Shown in pieces: positions 39,393 through 52,876 of a stretch of DNA of 64,000 nucleotides (positions are counted from its first letter, which is position 1; the number at the start of each line of letters is the position of its first letter). The stretch is from Octopus vulgaris (taxonomy: Eukaryota): NCBI GenBank assembly GCA_951406725.2, contig OX597816.1, forward strand, positions 176,142,001 to 176,206,000, read 5' to 3'. The position numbers were made by a program, and so were the translations under genes. Under the pieces are notes generated by a model. That model was not told the DNA's origin and made no database searches. It saw only the letters and a program-made list of their open reading frames with translations.

Positions 39393-39879
39393 AGTGTGAG
39401 TATGTGGACATCTTATAATAATGCTGCTTGTCATTACAATACTTAGCCTGTTGGCAACGTTTTCATATGATTAGAGAGAAAGAGGGAGTGGAGAAAGATA
39501 GAGAGAGAAGCGTCCATCACTTGTGACCAGGGAAACGTAAAATTTATTACATGGTTAAAAAAGTTAGTTGAAGGTAGTGATATAGAGGAGAGTTAGAATA
39601 TAATTTTAGCAGAGGGGTGATGTTCTGATGGTGAGATTAAAGAAAGGAAGAGAGAGAGAGAATGACATGATGGTAGTGGTGGTTTCGGTGGCGATGCATA
39701 GTGATGCATGCGTATCCCAAGCTTGCCCGTGACTTTAGAAAGAAACCAGTTTCCAGTTCACCTGTCATATGCAATGACTAGAAATAAATTGCAAGTGCAG
39801 ACATTTGATAAAGTAGAGCTTTTCTTCACTAGTCTACAGTGGGTTGCAGACAACATCAACTCAACTATTAAAATTTAAA

Positions 39880-40027
39880 TGCGTTGGCGTTAGGAAGGGC
39901 ATCCAGCCGTAGAAACACTGCCAGATCTGACTGGGCCTGACGAAGCCTTCCAGCTTCACAGACCCCAGTTGACCCGTCCAACCCATGCTAGCATGGAAAG
40001 CGGACGCTAAACGATGATGATGATGAT
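39880..40027 (+). mobile_element. Retroposon 3' end with (ATG)n tail (family D)
   Basis: Same sequence at 50180-50331 (+), 50614-50750 (-) and 63082-63460 (-). Confidence 0.75.
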
Positions 40028-40164
40028 GAATATGTATCAAATATTTGTAAATATTAAACAGGACTGATACACATTTCATCCGCAAGCACATGTATATATA
40101 CTTCTACACATGCATACATTCATTCATACATACATACATTCATGCATATGTGTATGCATACATA

Positions 40165-42447
40165 CATGATGACTGTCCATTCATGACTGAGGAAGGTCAT
40201 TGCTGACCTTTAGGAACACTGTGCGCTCTAGGACTAATATTTTGCATTTGCGGTTCCGTTGGTCGCTAATGAGCCCTGCTCTTGACAAGCATACATGACT
40301 GCAAACATTTACAAACCAAGCTTTCCCCATTCACTGCACTAGCAGTGTGCTTTCAAGCAGCATGTTTAAATTCTTCATGCAGAATATGTACTCTCACAAA
40401 GGTGTTGACCCCTTCCTTAACCTGCTTCCTCCATCTGTGGTGATGACAGGCATTGCTCTCCCAGTCAGTCTCCTGCCTATCACATGCCTTTAATGAGGAC
40501 TTGACACAGTCCTTAAATCGCATCTTTGGTTTCTGACGGGGCCTCTTTCCATTCACAAGTTCCCCTTATAGCATCTGTTAAGGGATCCTACTATCCTTCA
40601 CTAATAAGGTATCTAGTCCAATGTAACTAGTTCTTGTGCACCATCGCTTCAATACTCAAGATATCAGCTTTCCTCAGGACCTATGTGTCTGGAGTTTTTA
40701 AGGTCTAGCCAACATTCAGAATGTGTCTCAGACATCTCTGATGAAAGCTTTCAAAGACCCTTACATGATGTTTGTAAAGGGTTCATGTCTCACATGAATA
40801 AAGGAGCGATGTCAGTATACATGCACGGTACACAGCAATTTTTGTTTGCCTTGTGATGCCATGCTGGGACTAGACATGAGACTGAAGAGACCGGAAGGAA
40901 TCAGTTGCTCTCTGCAGCCTGAGAGATATTTCATTATCCAAGGAGTAAAAACGGTTGAGTGTGCTGCTCAGGTCGACAAACTTGTCTACCGCTTTCAGAA
41001 TTGTTCCTTCAACCAAGATAGCTGGTTCCACATATGGGTTTCCTGGTGCAGGCTGGAACATTACAACAGTCTTGTCCAGGCTAACGCTGAGTCCAAATGC
41101 CTTAGAAAAACAAAAAAACAACAGAAATACAATTCATAAGTATCTGCATGTCATCCACTGTATGAGTGACTAAGTCATCTGCATAAAGGAGGTCAAGAAT
41201 AAGAGACAGGAAAACTTTCGAATTGGCAGCAAATCGGTGTAGATTAAAGAGGTCGCCATTTAATCGATATCTGACATATACCTAGAGAGCTAACTTTAGC
41301 AAAAGTACAAGTGAAAGTAGCAGCAAATTACAAAGAAAAGAGAGTTAGGGCAAAGATGTCATCCTGCTTGACACCATTCTCTACAGGAATGGGTCCCGCC
41401 ATGCCACCACCAACATCGATCCAAGTCTCCATCCCATCATGAAATGATTTAATTATAGATACACTGTGATCTGGACGTCCAAGTTTGCTGAGTATTTTCC
41501 ATAGCAAGGCCCTATTAACTATATCAAAGACCTTGGTTAAATCAATGACTACCTGGACAAGATCCATATTCTGCTCATAGAACTTCTACATCTGTCTTGC
41601 TGTGAAAATCATTTCACAGCAAGACACATTGAGATTCAGATAGGACATCATTTATGAGAGACCCATTCAGGCAGGTAAGAAGAATATTTGCCAGAACCTT
41701 GCCAGCAGCTGATAGTAGAGCAATACCTCTGTAGTTACCACACATTACTCTGGCTCCATTTCCTTTAAAGAGAGAAAGAATAATTGCATCCTTCCAGTCC
41801 TTAGGTATTGTGCCATCCCTCCAGACAACACTAATAAGCTCATGCAAATCGCAAGATCTCAGCACAAATTCCATCCCATCCAGGTGCCCTACAAAGATTA
41901 CCTCATCTATCAGAAGCATGGAATTTAAGGAGCCAATGATAGGTTTTTGTTGCATAGTATCAATCACTGCTTCATCCACAACTGATTCAAGGTTCAGGAG
42001 TTCAGAGAAGTGTTTAATCCAGCGACCTGTGATTTCTGTTGATTTGGTAAATACAGTAGAAGACACCTTCCCAACAAGTGTTCTGCATCTTCCTGAGAGA
42101 TCACTGCAGTAGTTATTTTACACTGCTATAGTGGGCAAGTGCTAGATTTCGCTGCACAACTGAAAGTCCTCTCTGCAGCAATACATTGTGATGCTGTGTT
42201 GAGGAAAGAGCTTCAGACTCGTTTGTCCAGTATTCAGACTTGCTTGTCTAGTATGGGAAAATTTTCAAGACCAGGTTTTTCAATGTACTGGGACGCAGAG
42301 ACTATTTTGATGAAAATGATGCTGAAGTTCAGTGATTATTGGTTGTAAAGCACCATGGCCCACAACGTACTGATGCACAGAGGACTTTCAGCTGTGCAGC
42401 GAAATCTAGCACTTGTTCACTGCAGCAGTGCAAAATCACTACTGCAG
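40165..42447 (-). mobile_element. RTE-clade LINE, 5'-truncated and decayed
   Basis: CGNYRGIALLS, LSESQC, IDLTKVFD, NGVKQ, LLYADD, FGLSVSLDKT, KMRFKDCVK. Confidence 0.88.
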
Positions 42448-42779
42448 CAATTACGTAAATACATATTCATACACACACATATATATTATATTATACCTTA
42501 TTATATATATTATACCTTTACAAGAATAGTGTTGAGAGTGACTTCCAAGTTTTGGCCATTCATCAGAATGTGGTAAATTTGAGTTCACCTTGGTTTTATA
42601 TAGTCTCTGGTAAGTTTTTAAAAGAATCAGAGATAAATTCTCACCAACATTGAAATGCAAACTCCTCCAACAAAATTAAATGCTATATTTTCCAGTTTGA
42701 CATTAGAGACTATTACACGTCAATGACATAAATAATACTTATGGCTGCTTTGAACATTGCAATAATAAACCTTCCGTAA

Positions 42780-43480
42780 TTGATACTGAAACAGCAACAA
42801 TAGGAAATCCTTCCTTTTGCACCACAATACTTTCTGGATTAAGAAAAACACAAAAGAACCATTCAATATAAGCATGGAATCAAAGGACTCAGCAGAGCTA
42901 AGTGACATCATTGGCCTTTACATATTAGAAAACTTACACAACAAATTTCCTTCTCAAGTGGTCTCTACTGGGTCACCGGTCTACTCCTCTCAGAAAATTA
43001 TTACCCATAAAGACCGATGAATTTGGAAAAGGACTACACCACACCTTTAAAAATTTAGGCTTCTCCATTATAGTAGTAACACATCTAAAATTAACAACTT
43101 TTTTGTTGTTACTCTCGGCTTAAAATCTAGTATTTATAAAACTTGCAGGAAAGATAAGAAAAAATATCTAGTATACACATAGGCAATCTAACCATCCAAA
43201 AAGTATAATTAAAAAACTTAGTGGGAAACATATCTCTAACACTTTCTTTTTTATCTTTCAACTAAAAATATTCAACAAAATAGCAATGTCATATAACAAA
43301 GCCCTCAATATCAGCGGTTAGAAGGAAAAAGTGCAATACATAAACAACACACTACCCATAGATAAAAAATATAAAAGTAGAAAAAGGAAAATTATTTGGT
43401 TCATTCCCCACTTCAGCATAGAAGTCTCCAAATCAACTGCCAAGTTATTATTCAGAATACTCCAAAAACACTTCCATCCC
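42780..43480 (+). mobile_element. Penelope-like RT fragment
   Basis: FWIKK..PFNISMESKDSAELSDIIGLYIL, SNHPK, RKIIWFIPHFS. Confidence 0.75.
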
Positions 43481-44576
43481 ATAGTCATTCGTGAGCAGTT
43501 CTAGCCTTCATCTCTAATTCAGTTCTCAACCAAACTGAATGTGATTTTTCAACAATGGTGGTCCAGTATTAAGCTACATTTGGAAATAAAATAATTGAAA
43601 TTTAGTTCATTAGCAAAAAAAAAGTTAGGTAAAAAAAATGGGAGATTAAGGAGAAAATTGACTTTGAATCAAAATATCTGTTATTTTAAAAGAAAAGTAT
43701 AAATTAATTGGGTTTAAAAAATGTGCTCAGTGAGAATACTCTTTTGGCGAAAACCCAGTTAAAATATATTTGTTATGAAAAAAGTAGTTTGGATTTCAAT
43801 GACAAATAAAATGGTTAGCAACCACCAAAATTGACTTTGAATCAAAATACCTCAGCTATTGGAAAAGAAAACTATACAATAGTTATAGTCAAATGAAAAA
43901 GCTCTTTCAGAAGAATCTTATGGTGAAAATCTCGTCAAAAAATATTTGCTACAAAAAAATTGGTGTGGCTTTAAGTGATGAAAAAAAAAGGTTATAACTT
44001 TAACAAATCAAAACATTTTTATCATTTTAAGATACTTGGCATTATAAAAGAGAGTGCCTGATGTCAGGGGTTGCTTTAGCTTTATGGCACAATGAGATAC
44101 ATGGTTTGATTCTCCATAGTGGTATACTGCCCATTTTTGTTCCTGTTTGAATTTAAAAGATTTCTGTCCTCTTTTTAGTATTACTATAATGAAAAATATA
44201 AAAGTAAATATAATTAATTAAAATAATAAAAGTGTTGCCTGGGGGAAAAAAGGTGGGCTAGAATGAAAAATGCGGGTGTAGAATGCTAGAATATTTTCAA
44301 GTATTGAACCTGGAAAAGTACAGGACATGGAGGAAAAACACTTAAGCAATTTATTTTCAGTTTTAGTGAAAGACTAATTTCTGCCAAGTTTACACATTAA
44401 AAATTTAATATTACAAATTTAGTGCCTTATATTTTTTAAAAATCATATTGTGGAAATTTAAAAATCCCCAATTTTTTTAAAAGCTAGGGAGTCATTTCTA
44501 CATTTTGCACTCAATTTGTTTGTTAGCTTTCATTTTAAAAAATATTCTTCTAACTGTAAATAGAAAATACTTTATA

Positions 44577-45278
44577 TGTGGAGGAAGGATAAGTGACCGG
44601 AAAGGTGAGGGAATCCCACAAAAGGCCACATTCTGATACAAATGGAGACACCCATGGTATCACAGCAACTAGAGGTTAAGGGGCTGCATCTGTACAGGTC
44701 GGAGACGAAGTTTGGGTGAAGCTCCCAAATGCTCGGTGCACAACACAGTGGGGAAAAGGAACAGTAGCCACAATCAGTACAATGAATAATGTATCAGTGG
44801 ATGGAATGCCCCATTACATCTTGGATATTCGAAGGGTGATTAGCTCTTTTGATGACAAAGAGAGGCCAGCCCTGAGACTTTATGGAGATTTCAAAGGGAA
44901 CGTTGCCCCCCGATCAAGTGGATGACCAATTACAAAACAGAATAGTAGGGCAGTGATCAGGGGTGTGTGTGGAGGAAGGATGAGTGACTGGAAAGGTGAG
45001 GGAGTGACATCATGAAGGAATGAGAAGAGGGATAATATGACGTCACATTAGGAAGCAACAGGTTGAAGACAGCCTCTCTCTTATGGGGTCTGTGGCTAGG
45101 ACAAGTCGTGTGCTGGGAGCAGTCGTTGTGTAGTAGTCTTTGCTGGCGAGTGGTTGGGAAAGCTTACATGTGATTACAACTTTGAGGTCTGACTGATTTT
45201 CCCATGATCCGACACTTGGAGGGATTGTCACCGATTCCAGCTCAAGATAGAAGCAAGTTTATTTTGCATATTACAACA
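44577..45278 (+). mobile_element. Internally deleted LTR retrotransposon (Gypsy-like)
   Basis: Direct repeat tgtggaggaaggat.agtgac.ggaaaggtgaggga at 44577 and 44968. Integrase C-terminal-like GDEVWVK..RCTTQWGKGTV. Purine tract before the second repeat, which ends ...acaaca. Confidence 0.65.
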
Positions 45279-46149
45279 TAATGTGATAATGTACAGTATT
45301 ATATATCCATTACAGTCAATCTTACCAATCAGTTTCACACTAAGTATTCAACAGAGTATTAAGTAACAATCCAATTATGTAACTCTGCACTCATCAGAGT
45401 TAGCCATTATGGAATAAAATATGGCGACTGCTCTCTATTGCTGTAGGTGAATAGATACATCTGGTTCGTGGTTGCTGATGAAATGAAATGAGAAAGGAGT
45501 TCAGTTAAGTACCAAAACATCGCCACTGGTTATGCTGTAAGTCGGTAAGAGTTTTCTGGAAAAGTTTGTAGGAAATGTGTGTCTACTTAAGGTTTATGTT
45601 TGTGTGGAAATGGAATGTGTGTAGTAATACTGAATGTATAACCTTTGCAATGGGTGTGAGCATACACATCTGTTTGTTTGTATGCTTTCTTTCTTTTATG
45701 TAGTGGATAAATTTGTGGAGTCTTCATGCATGCATATGGTGTGTGTGTAGAGGTACAATATGTGTGGGAGTTTATATTGGGGTGGGTGTGGAAAAAAGTC
45801 TGTTGGGTAGGTATCTGGCGATATTGCTGCAGCTGTTGTCATTGTAGTGGTCAACCCTGCCTGTGGCGTTGGCACTACTGTTGCCAATGGTGATGTGAGT
45901 GCCATCATTGGTGATATTGGTGACCTCGCTGGTGTGTGCCTGGTCATCATCTCCGGCCATTCTGCTGGTGCTGGTGTCGTTGGCGTCAGTGCAGTGTTTC
46001 TGCTGCTTCTGATACCGTCGATGATGTTGGATGATCTGTTGCTGCAATTACTATGGTTGTTAGGTCTGGGTATCACCACACGCTCATAGATGACTCCCTC
46101 TGCCTCGCATTGATCGACCAATGCTTTGAGAGTGGATTTGTATATCTGT

Positions 46150-46362
46150 ATGTGTGTCTTTGTGTCTGTGTTTTCGCCCTCATCATTGCCTGACAACTGA
46201 TGCTGGTGTATTTACGTCCCCACAACTTTGCAGTTCAGAAAAAGCGACCGATAGTACTACGCTTAAAATAAGTCCTGGGGTTGACTTGTTCGACTAAAAC
46301 CCTTCAAGGCGGTGCTCCAGCATGGCTGCAGTCAAATGACTGAAACAAGAAAAAGAATAAAG
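46150..46362 (+). mobile_element. SINE family A, 3' half
   Basis: Family match. Confidence 0.75.
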
Positions 46363-46440
46363 AAAAACCAATTATTTCTCCATAAATAAAGTTCGTTTAT
46401 TTCCTCGCTTAAGGCAGGTCCTTAAGCGAGGAAATAAACG

Positions 46441-46670
46441 GCGAGCTGGCAGAGTGGTTAGCACGCCGGGCGAAATGCTTAGCGGTATTTCGTCTGCCGT
46501 TACGTTCTGAGTTCAAATTCCGCCGAGGTCGACTTTACCTTTCATCCTTTCGGGGTCGATAAATTAAGTACCAGTTACGCACTGGGGTCGATTTAATCGA
46601 CTTAATCCGTGTGTCTGTCCTTGTTGGTCGTCTCTGCGTTTAGCCCCTTATGGGTAGTAAAGAAATAGGT
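46441..46670 (+). mobile_element. SINE family B
   Basis: Family match. Confidence 0.88.
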
Positions 46671-47239
46671 ACTTGTCCTTTGTGGGTTTTTTTTTTAGAC
46701 GTTATCGTATTGTTTAAGAAAGATTTGGCTGCTATTTCCAGTAGGTCGAGAGTCTACGTAAAAGTTTCGTCTTCAATGTCTTGCTATCTCCATGGAAACT
46801 GTTGCAACTTCCTGTATGTCAGCAAAAGAGTCTTTCAAATAGCTAAATTTACATTATTTTAGGCGATCTTACGGTATACCGTAAGATCGCCTTATTTAAA
46901 TGCTTGTGATATTTTTATTATTAATTTCTTTAAAAAAACAAAATGAATTGGATGTATTTTTCGTCAGCAGCACGCAAAACTACATCAGTGTAAAAATAAT
47001 TTTTAAAAAATCTCCATATATGTGTGTGTGTGTAAAATTTAAAAATTTAATTTGTTTAGTGTATAATTAATTACGAAATAATACAATTCTAAATCCTCAT
47101 TTATTTATATTTAAAAAATGTATTATGAAGCGGATGAAGAACAAACAGACCTAAAGGCAACTGGCGGCCTTTGGGTTTGAGAGTATTAATCTCAACACCG
47201 ATCGTCTTTATTTTTGAATCAACTTTATGTAAACATACA

Positions 47240-47257
47240 ATGAGTTCTGCAAGTAAG
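47240..47257 (+). CDS. BAP18: BAP18 (C17orf49) homologue, coding exon 1 (MSSASK)
   Basis: ATG AGT TCT GCA AGT AAG|gtaaga with a strong donor, phase 0. Joins exon 2 to give MSSASKVGEIFTAAG, resembling human MTSASTKVGEIFSAAG. Confidence 0.8.
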
Positions 47258-47945
47258 GTAAGAGAATTTATGAATTAAATCCGAATATATGTAATTCTTT
47301 AATGTTAGTTCCACTCTTGAAAAAAATTATATAATTAAGGGTGATTTGCTATTGATCAAATCGATCAAATCAGCCTTAATTAAATAATTTTTAATTGGTC
47401 TTGTACGATAAATATTCCTCACTCGTCGCTTTCAAATAAATACTTTGAAATGTTGCATTTGAGAAACTCCACTTTCTTTCCTCTTCCCGACAATATTTAG
47501 ACAACAGAAATTTATTTAAAATGCTAATTCGGTCACGAGAAAAAATACATGTCTGGTTTTATTTATATTTTAAGGTCATGCTTTGATTATATATATTTTT
47601 TGTTGGAGTTTTTCAAGAAATTAAAAATCATTTCTATATTTATATTTTAGGCTGTTCTCTTTATAAAGACATCACAAAACATGCTACAAAATCCCGCCTT
47701 TTACAATGCTCACGTTTTCGACTAATTTGTAACACTGTCTATATATTTTTCCTTGTATTCCTTCACTTCTACTTGCATATTGCTAAATATTAACATGCAA
47801 ATATTATGTCGGACTAATTAAGATTTGTTTTAGAAAATATTTAAAAACCTTAATTGTCGCCTAATTGCATTTTGGCTCCCGTCAGCAGTTATCTCCCCTG
47901 ATCCCAATTAAGGTAACCGACGTCGCATTAGGAAAACTAATCTGC

Positions 47946-48137
47946 GGTACTAGTAGCGTAGACTGGACCCGGTTTGCGCAGACGCGCGTACGTGCCGGCC
48001 AGATGTAGGCAGTCGGGGACGTGCGATACAAGTATATATCGTGCATGCGCCAGTCAGCTCGTAGGATCGACTGCCTACGTCTGGGTGGCACGTACGCGCG
48101 TGTGCGCAAACCGGGTCCAGTCTACGCTACTAGTACC
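47946..48137. mobile_element. MITE, Mutator-like
   Basis: ~70-bp TIRs (ggtactagtagcgtagactggacccgg...) and a perfect 9-bp TSD ctaatctgc at 47937-47945 and 48138-48146. Confidence 0.88.
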
Positions 48138-48662
48138 CTAATCTGCTAGCTATTCCGTTAGACTAAGATGTAGTTGTTACTTGACATCTAATTTTGCTGC
48201 CTGGTATGTTTCCTGTTGTATAGTGTCGGTGATCTTTGATAAGACCCCATACCATATCCTTTGTCTGATTAACCCCATATTTCTGTTGAAATACACTTCA
48301 ACAAAGTTATCATTATGGAGCTGATGTTTGGAACAGGGACTTTTGATCGAAGGCTTTAAAATAATAATGAGCTTATCATATACAGTTAATTTTGAAACGA
48401 AACCAAGGGTGATATAAAGATGTTTAAAACTCTGCTCATTCCCATAGGCAGCGCTTTATCGTGGTTTGCAATTTGGTTCCTCCGCTATCATTGTTTCTAG
48501 TGGTAGCCACAAAGAGGACCTACGAAGTGATCCAGTTAGCTAGTAATAACAACCTGATTTCCCTTAAAAGACTCTTTATTCTCTCACTCACGTATATATA
48601 TACACACACACACATACATACATACATACATCAAAATAAGCAACAAGGATATCCAGAGGTAA

Positions 48663-48747
48663 TGCAGTACGATCGTTTCACGCAACTCCATTTTATTGAA
48701 CATGCAACTAATACATCAATTTAAATGCAGAGCAATCCTCAGCTGCA
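48663..48747 (-). ncRNA. Hammerhead motif with disrupted stem II
   Basis: Minus strand: tgcag CTGAGGA...GAAAC gatc GTA ctgca. Stem I is 5 bp and stem III is palindromic. Confidence 0.6.
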
Positions 48748-49289
48748 CAAAGACGTAGAATTTAATTAAAATAAAACAGATGGACACATTAGTATAATTT
48801 TGCCTAAAATCTCCAAGAAATTGCCCTTCCTTCCATTTAGATGCTACTAAGTTATCAGGAAGAAAGACTTGTTACAGATTTTGCTTGTCACTTTTATATG
48901 GAGCCAGTTTTAATTTATAGACTAGTTCTATCAAATCCTTGTATATCTAAGGCTGAGTCTGTTAGGGGTCGGGCTGAGGGAGTCAACAGAAATTATAGTG
49001 GGTATAGTCATAAAAATCAAGATTTATTTGAAGCAATATCGTGGGATTTGGTAATGGAAAACTTAAATCAAGATTTTAGCTGACAATTAAGGGGGCTGCT
49101 CACTAGCAGACCATTGATATTGAAACGGGGGAAGTCTTATCATGTAGTACTATAGTTAAATATTTTAAGCAATACTGCTATATTGTATAAAGTTAAAGTT
49201 TAGGGTTATTCAGAGGATTATTAAGAAGAAGAATTATAACAAAAGGATAAAATGTTTTATGAATACTTTTGAGTGTATACTCTGGTATA

Positions 49290-49596
49290 TACTCTTTTAC
49301 TTCTTTCAGTCATTTGACTGTGGCCATGCTGGAGCACTACCTTTAGTCGAGCAAATCGACCCCAGGACTCATTCTTTGTAAGTCTAGTACTTATTCTATC
49401 GGTCTCTTTTGCCGAACCGTAAACACACCGTAAACACACCAGCATCGGTTGTCAAGCAATGTTGGGAAGACAAACACAGACACACAAACATATACATATA
49501 TATGACAGGCTTTTTTTCAGTTTCCATCTACCAAATCCACTCGCAAGGCTTTGGTCAGCCCAAGGGTATAGTGGAAGACACTTGCCCAAGATGCCA

Positions 49597-49600
<4 letters not shown>
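49290..49600 (-). mobile_element. SINE family A, partial
   Basis: Family match. Confidence 0.8.
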
Positions 49601-49631
<31 letters not shown>

Positions 49632-49890
49632 CTTAAGCATAATATGTTATGCATGTATGTATATTCTTGTAATTGTCAGTTGATGAACCACCTGTTGATC
49701 CCCTCCATTTTCTTATTGCTCTATAAATTAATGGTAAAATATCTCTTTACCTTCACCCATTTAGTACATTTAGTAATTGGGTATTCTACCAGCGCAGTAT
49801 ATTGGACAGATATTATCCCTTAGTTGGTTGGATTCACAACCTCTAACTTTCTTGAAATAAATAGTATATATATATATATATATATATATT

Positions 49891-50128
49891 TACAAGTAAT
49901 AAGAGAGATACCACATGTGGTCACTCTAACGCTAGAAATAGATCCACAAAGGGAATCCACTACTAAAGAATTGTTCTCAAGCATTAATTCAACACGCCAG
50001 GAATGTAAGCGGGCATTCTTGGCATGTTGAATTAATGCTTGAGAACAATTCTTTAGTGGTGGATTCCCTTTGTGGATCTATTTCTAGCGTTAGAGTGACC
50101 ACATCTGGTCTCTCTCTTATTACTTGTA
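49891..50128. repeat. Long inverted repeat (~115-bp arms) beside (TA)n
   Basis: tacaagtaataagagaga...ccaggaatg / cattcttgg...tctctcttattacttgta. Confidence 0.9.
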
Positions 50129-50547
50129 TTAATAATTTTTACTGTATTGCAGTTTTTTTCGCTAGGCCACTTGGTGTTGTGGTTGGCGTTAGGAAGGGCA
50201 TCCAGCCGTAGAAACACTGCCAGATCTGACTGAGCCTGACAAAGCCTTCCAGCTTTACAGACCCCAGTTGAACCGTCCAACCCATGCTAGCATGGAAAGC
50301 GGACGCTAAATGATGATGATGATGATGATGAATTAATATTAAATTTTTTTTCACCCTATTGTGATATACCAGAGTAAGCACATAAATGTGAAACAAGGTG
50401 AGAAAAATAGTACTCGAATACCGGAGGTAGAGTAATATGCTTTATTATTAAAGCTGCAAAGACATCACAAAATATCACAAAAACTGCTACTCAAAGTTTC
50501 ATGTTCCCATTCGTGTGTGTGTGTGTGTATAATATATATATATATGC

Positions 50548-50903
50548 ACGAGCTGGCAGAAACGTTAGCGCGCCGGGCGAAATGCTTTGCGGTTTTTCGT
50601 CTGTCGTTACGTTCATCATCATCATCATCATCGTTTAACGTCCGTTCTCCATGCTAGCATGGGTTGGACGGTTCAACCGGGGTCTGGGAAGCCAGGAGGC
50701 TGCACCAGGCTCCAGTCTTATCTGGCAATGTTTCTACAGCTGGATGCCCTTCAAATTCCGCTGAGGTCGACTTTACCTTTCATCCTTTCGGGGTCGATAA
50801 ATAAAGTACCAGTTTCGCACTGGGGTCGATGTAATCGACTTACTCCCTTTGCCTGTCCTTGTTTGTCCCCTCTATGTTTAGCCCCTTGTGGGTAGTAAAG
50901 AAA
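50548..50903 (+). mobile_element. SINE family B interrupted by a family D fragment (50614-50750)
   Basis: SINE B is split at ...gttacgttc | tcaaattccg... Confidence 0.85.
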
Positions 50904-52585
50904 TATATATATATATATATATACGCACACACACATATATTCTACATATCTTAAAACATGCCCTTTGATCCTGACTGGGTCTTGAAAACTCAGTGATAAA
51001 AGTAGCATGTTCATTGTCACACCACTATTAACCAGTCTGTTCTTCGTATTTTAGTGATTTTCTGGATCTAGAAAAAAGTGCAAGTAAAAATAGGATTGTG
51101 ATTTCTCTCTGTAAAATCTAAAAATACATTGAGCAAATGTATGATCGAGGGAGTTTCACCAGTAACCCCTGTCTCTTTCACATAATATATCTAGGGTTAC
51201 TTTATCTTATATGTTACTAGCAGAGATACCCAGCATTGCCCGGTTACATTCAATTGAACAATTCGACTTTTCTGGTATATTTTCTGTAATGAACTGGAAT
51301 ATCTATGTTTCGAATTTCATCAAAATTGCAGATGAGGGTTATTTCCCTCTTTATACACCCCAAAAAATTGTAATCATGCCACATGTATCCCTTACTACTG
51401 ATTTTTATGCGCATATTCCAAAATTCTAGTTTTATTGAACCTGTTAAAAGGATTTTGCACCTGAAAAATTAAGGTCATGGAGCTCTAAAATGTGAGAGTT
51501 AAGACCCCTGTTGGGGGTGGGTGCCTTAATGTCAACCAGAGAAGTGGAATTGTTGAGAATCTGTTTAACTTGGGTCTTATATCTATTGTTTGAATTTCTT
51601 TGAAATAGGAAATATATGTTCACTGGGTTTATAAAAGAGAACAAAGCTACAGGAAACCAAAAGATGAATGATCACAATAAGCAGTCAGCTACCCTACCCT
51701 AGTCATTAAGAACTCCCAATGTAGGATTCCTCACCATCCAGGTGACAGGCACAGCTGTAAGATGCATTACGAATCTATAGCAATTGGAAGGGCGTGACCC
51801 AACTGAAATAAACATTAACAACTGTGTGACGTGAGGGCTAAGGAGAAATGAAAGTGTCTCCTCTGGAGTTTGCAAATGACTACTATACTGATACGTAACT
51901 GTGCAGAATAAATTTACAATCTATAAGTGTCTTTGAATAACCAGTCACTCATCTGGGAAGGCCTTGAAATCAATGTTTCCATCTGGGGACTATGTGTGAC
52001 CCAGTGATAATAAAAAAGACTGAAAGGAGGTCTGCAATCAAATATCTTTACTCAACACTTTGCAACTGAATCAGTGGAGGCAAAGATGCCTCTCATTTAC
52101 TTGACAATTTATGCAGCACATTGCAGAAATCACAATGTAAGTGTATATCAAAGCAAACTGTTACACTGTTGTACCATTGAATTAGAAATAATGCCCAACT
52201 TTTATGCTCGGGTAACCCTACAGCTTCCAAGAGCACAACTGTATTCGTTTTTGCTTAGATAAAATGACAAAATTGTGGGTGTTAAGTCCCATGGAGGGGT
52301 CTTTCTTTTGTAAGAAGATGAAATTTTATAAATATTACTTCATTTGTGTCTAATATCTATGGTTAAAATTTCATCAACAGCAAAAATATATGAATTGTCA
52401 TGGGGGTTATGGCCCTTATGCATAGAATATAATTTCTAAATTTCATAAAGATCCATTCAGTACTTTTGACCTAGTTTTGGATCATAAAAGAAATTACTAA
52501 AATTTGGGAGTTAAGGCTCCCATTAGGGTGTTGTATATATATATATATATATATCATCATCATCATCATCGATAGATAGATATAG

Positions 52586-52616
<31 letters not shown>

Positions 52617-52876
52617 TACAAAGATAAATTGATAGATACAACTGCGTGGGCAAACAAAAATACGAGACACAGCCTAGTGCTTTTTTTATGTTGATAAACC
52701 TGGTAGTTATTCTATTAGTTTGTTCTTGTGAAACCAGTAAGTTATGTGGATGTAAATAAATGAACAGCAGTTGTGAAGCAGTGATGAGGGAGAAACACAA
52801 AGACACACACATAGACTTACATATATATATATATACCATTGATTTGTTTCAGTTCCTGTCTACGAAATCTATATAT

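Noticed and set aside
42540-42575. Possible minus-strand hammerhead (CTGATGA atggcc AAAAC ttggaa GTC)
   Set aside because: GAAA is mutated, stem II is collapsed and stem I does not pair. At best a relic.
45329-45474. Minus-strand exon-like segment with good acceptor and donor
   Set aside because: Stop codons in all three frames and no recognisable homology. Cannot be supported without RNA data.
45696-46196. 166-aa Thr/Pro-rich ORF
   Set aside because: Starts within a SINE, is low complexity and has no recognisable domain.
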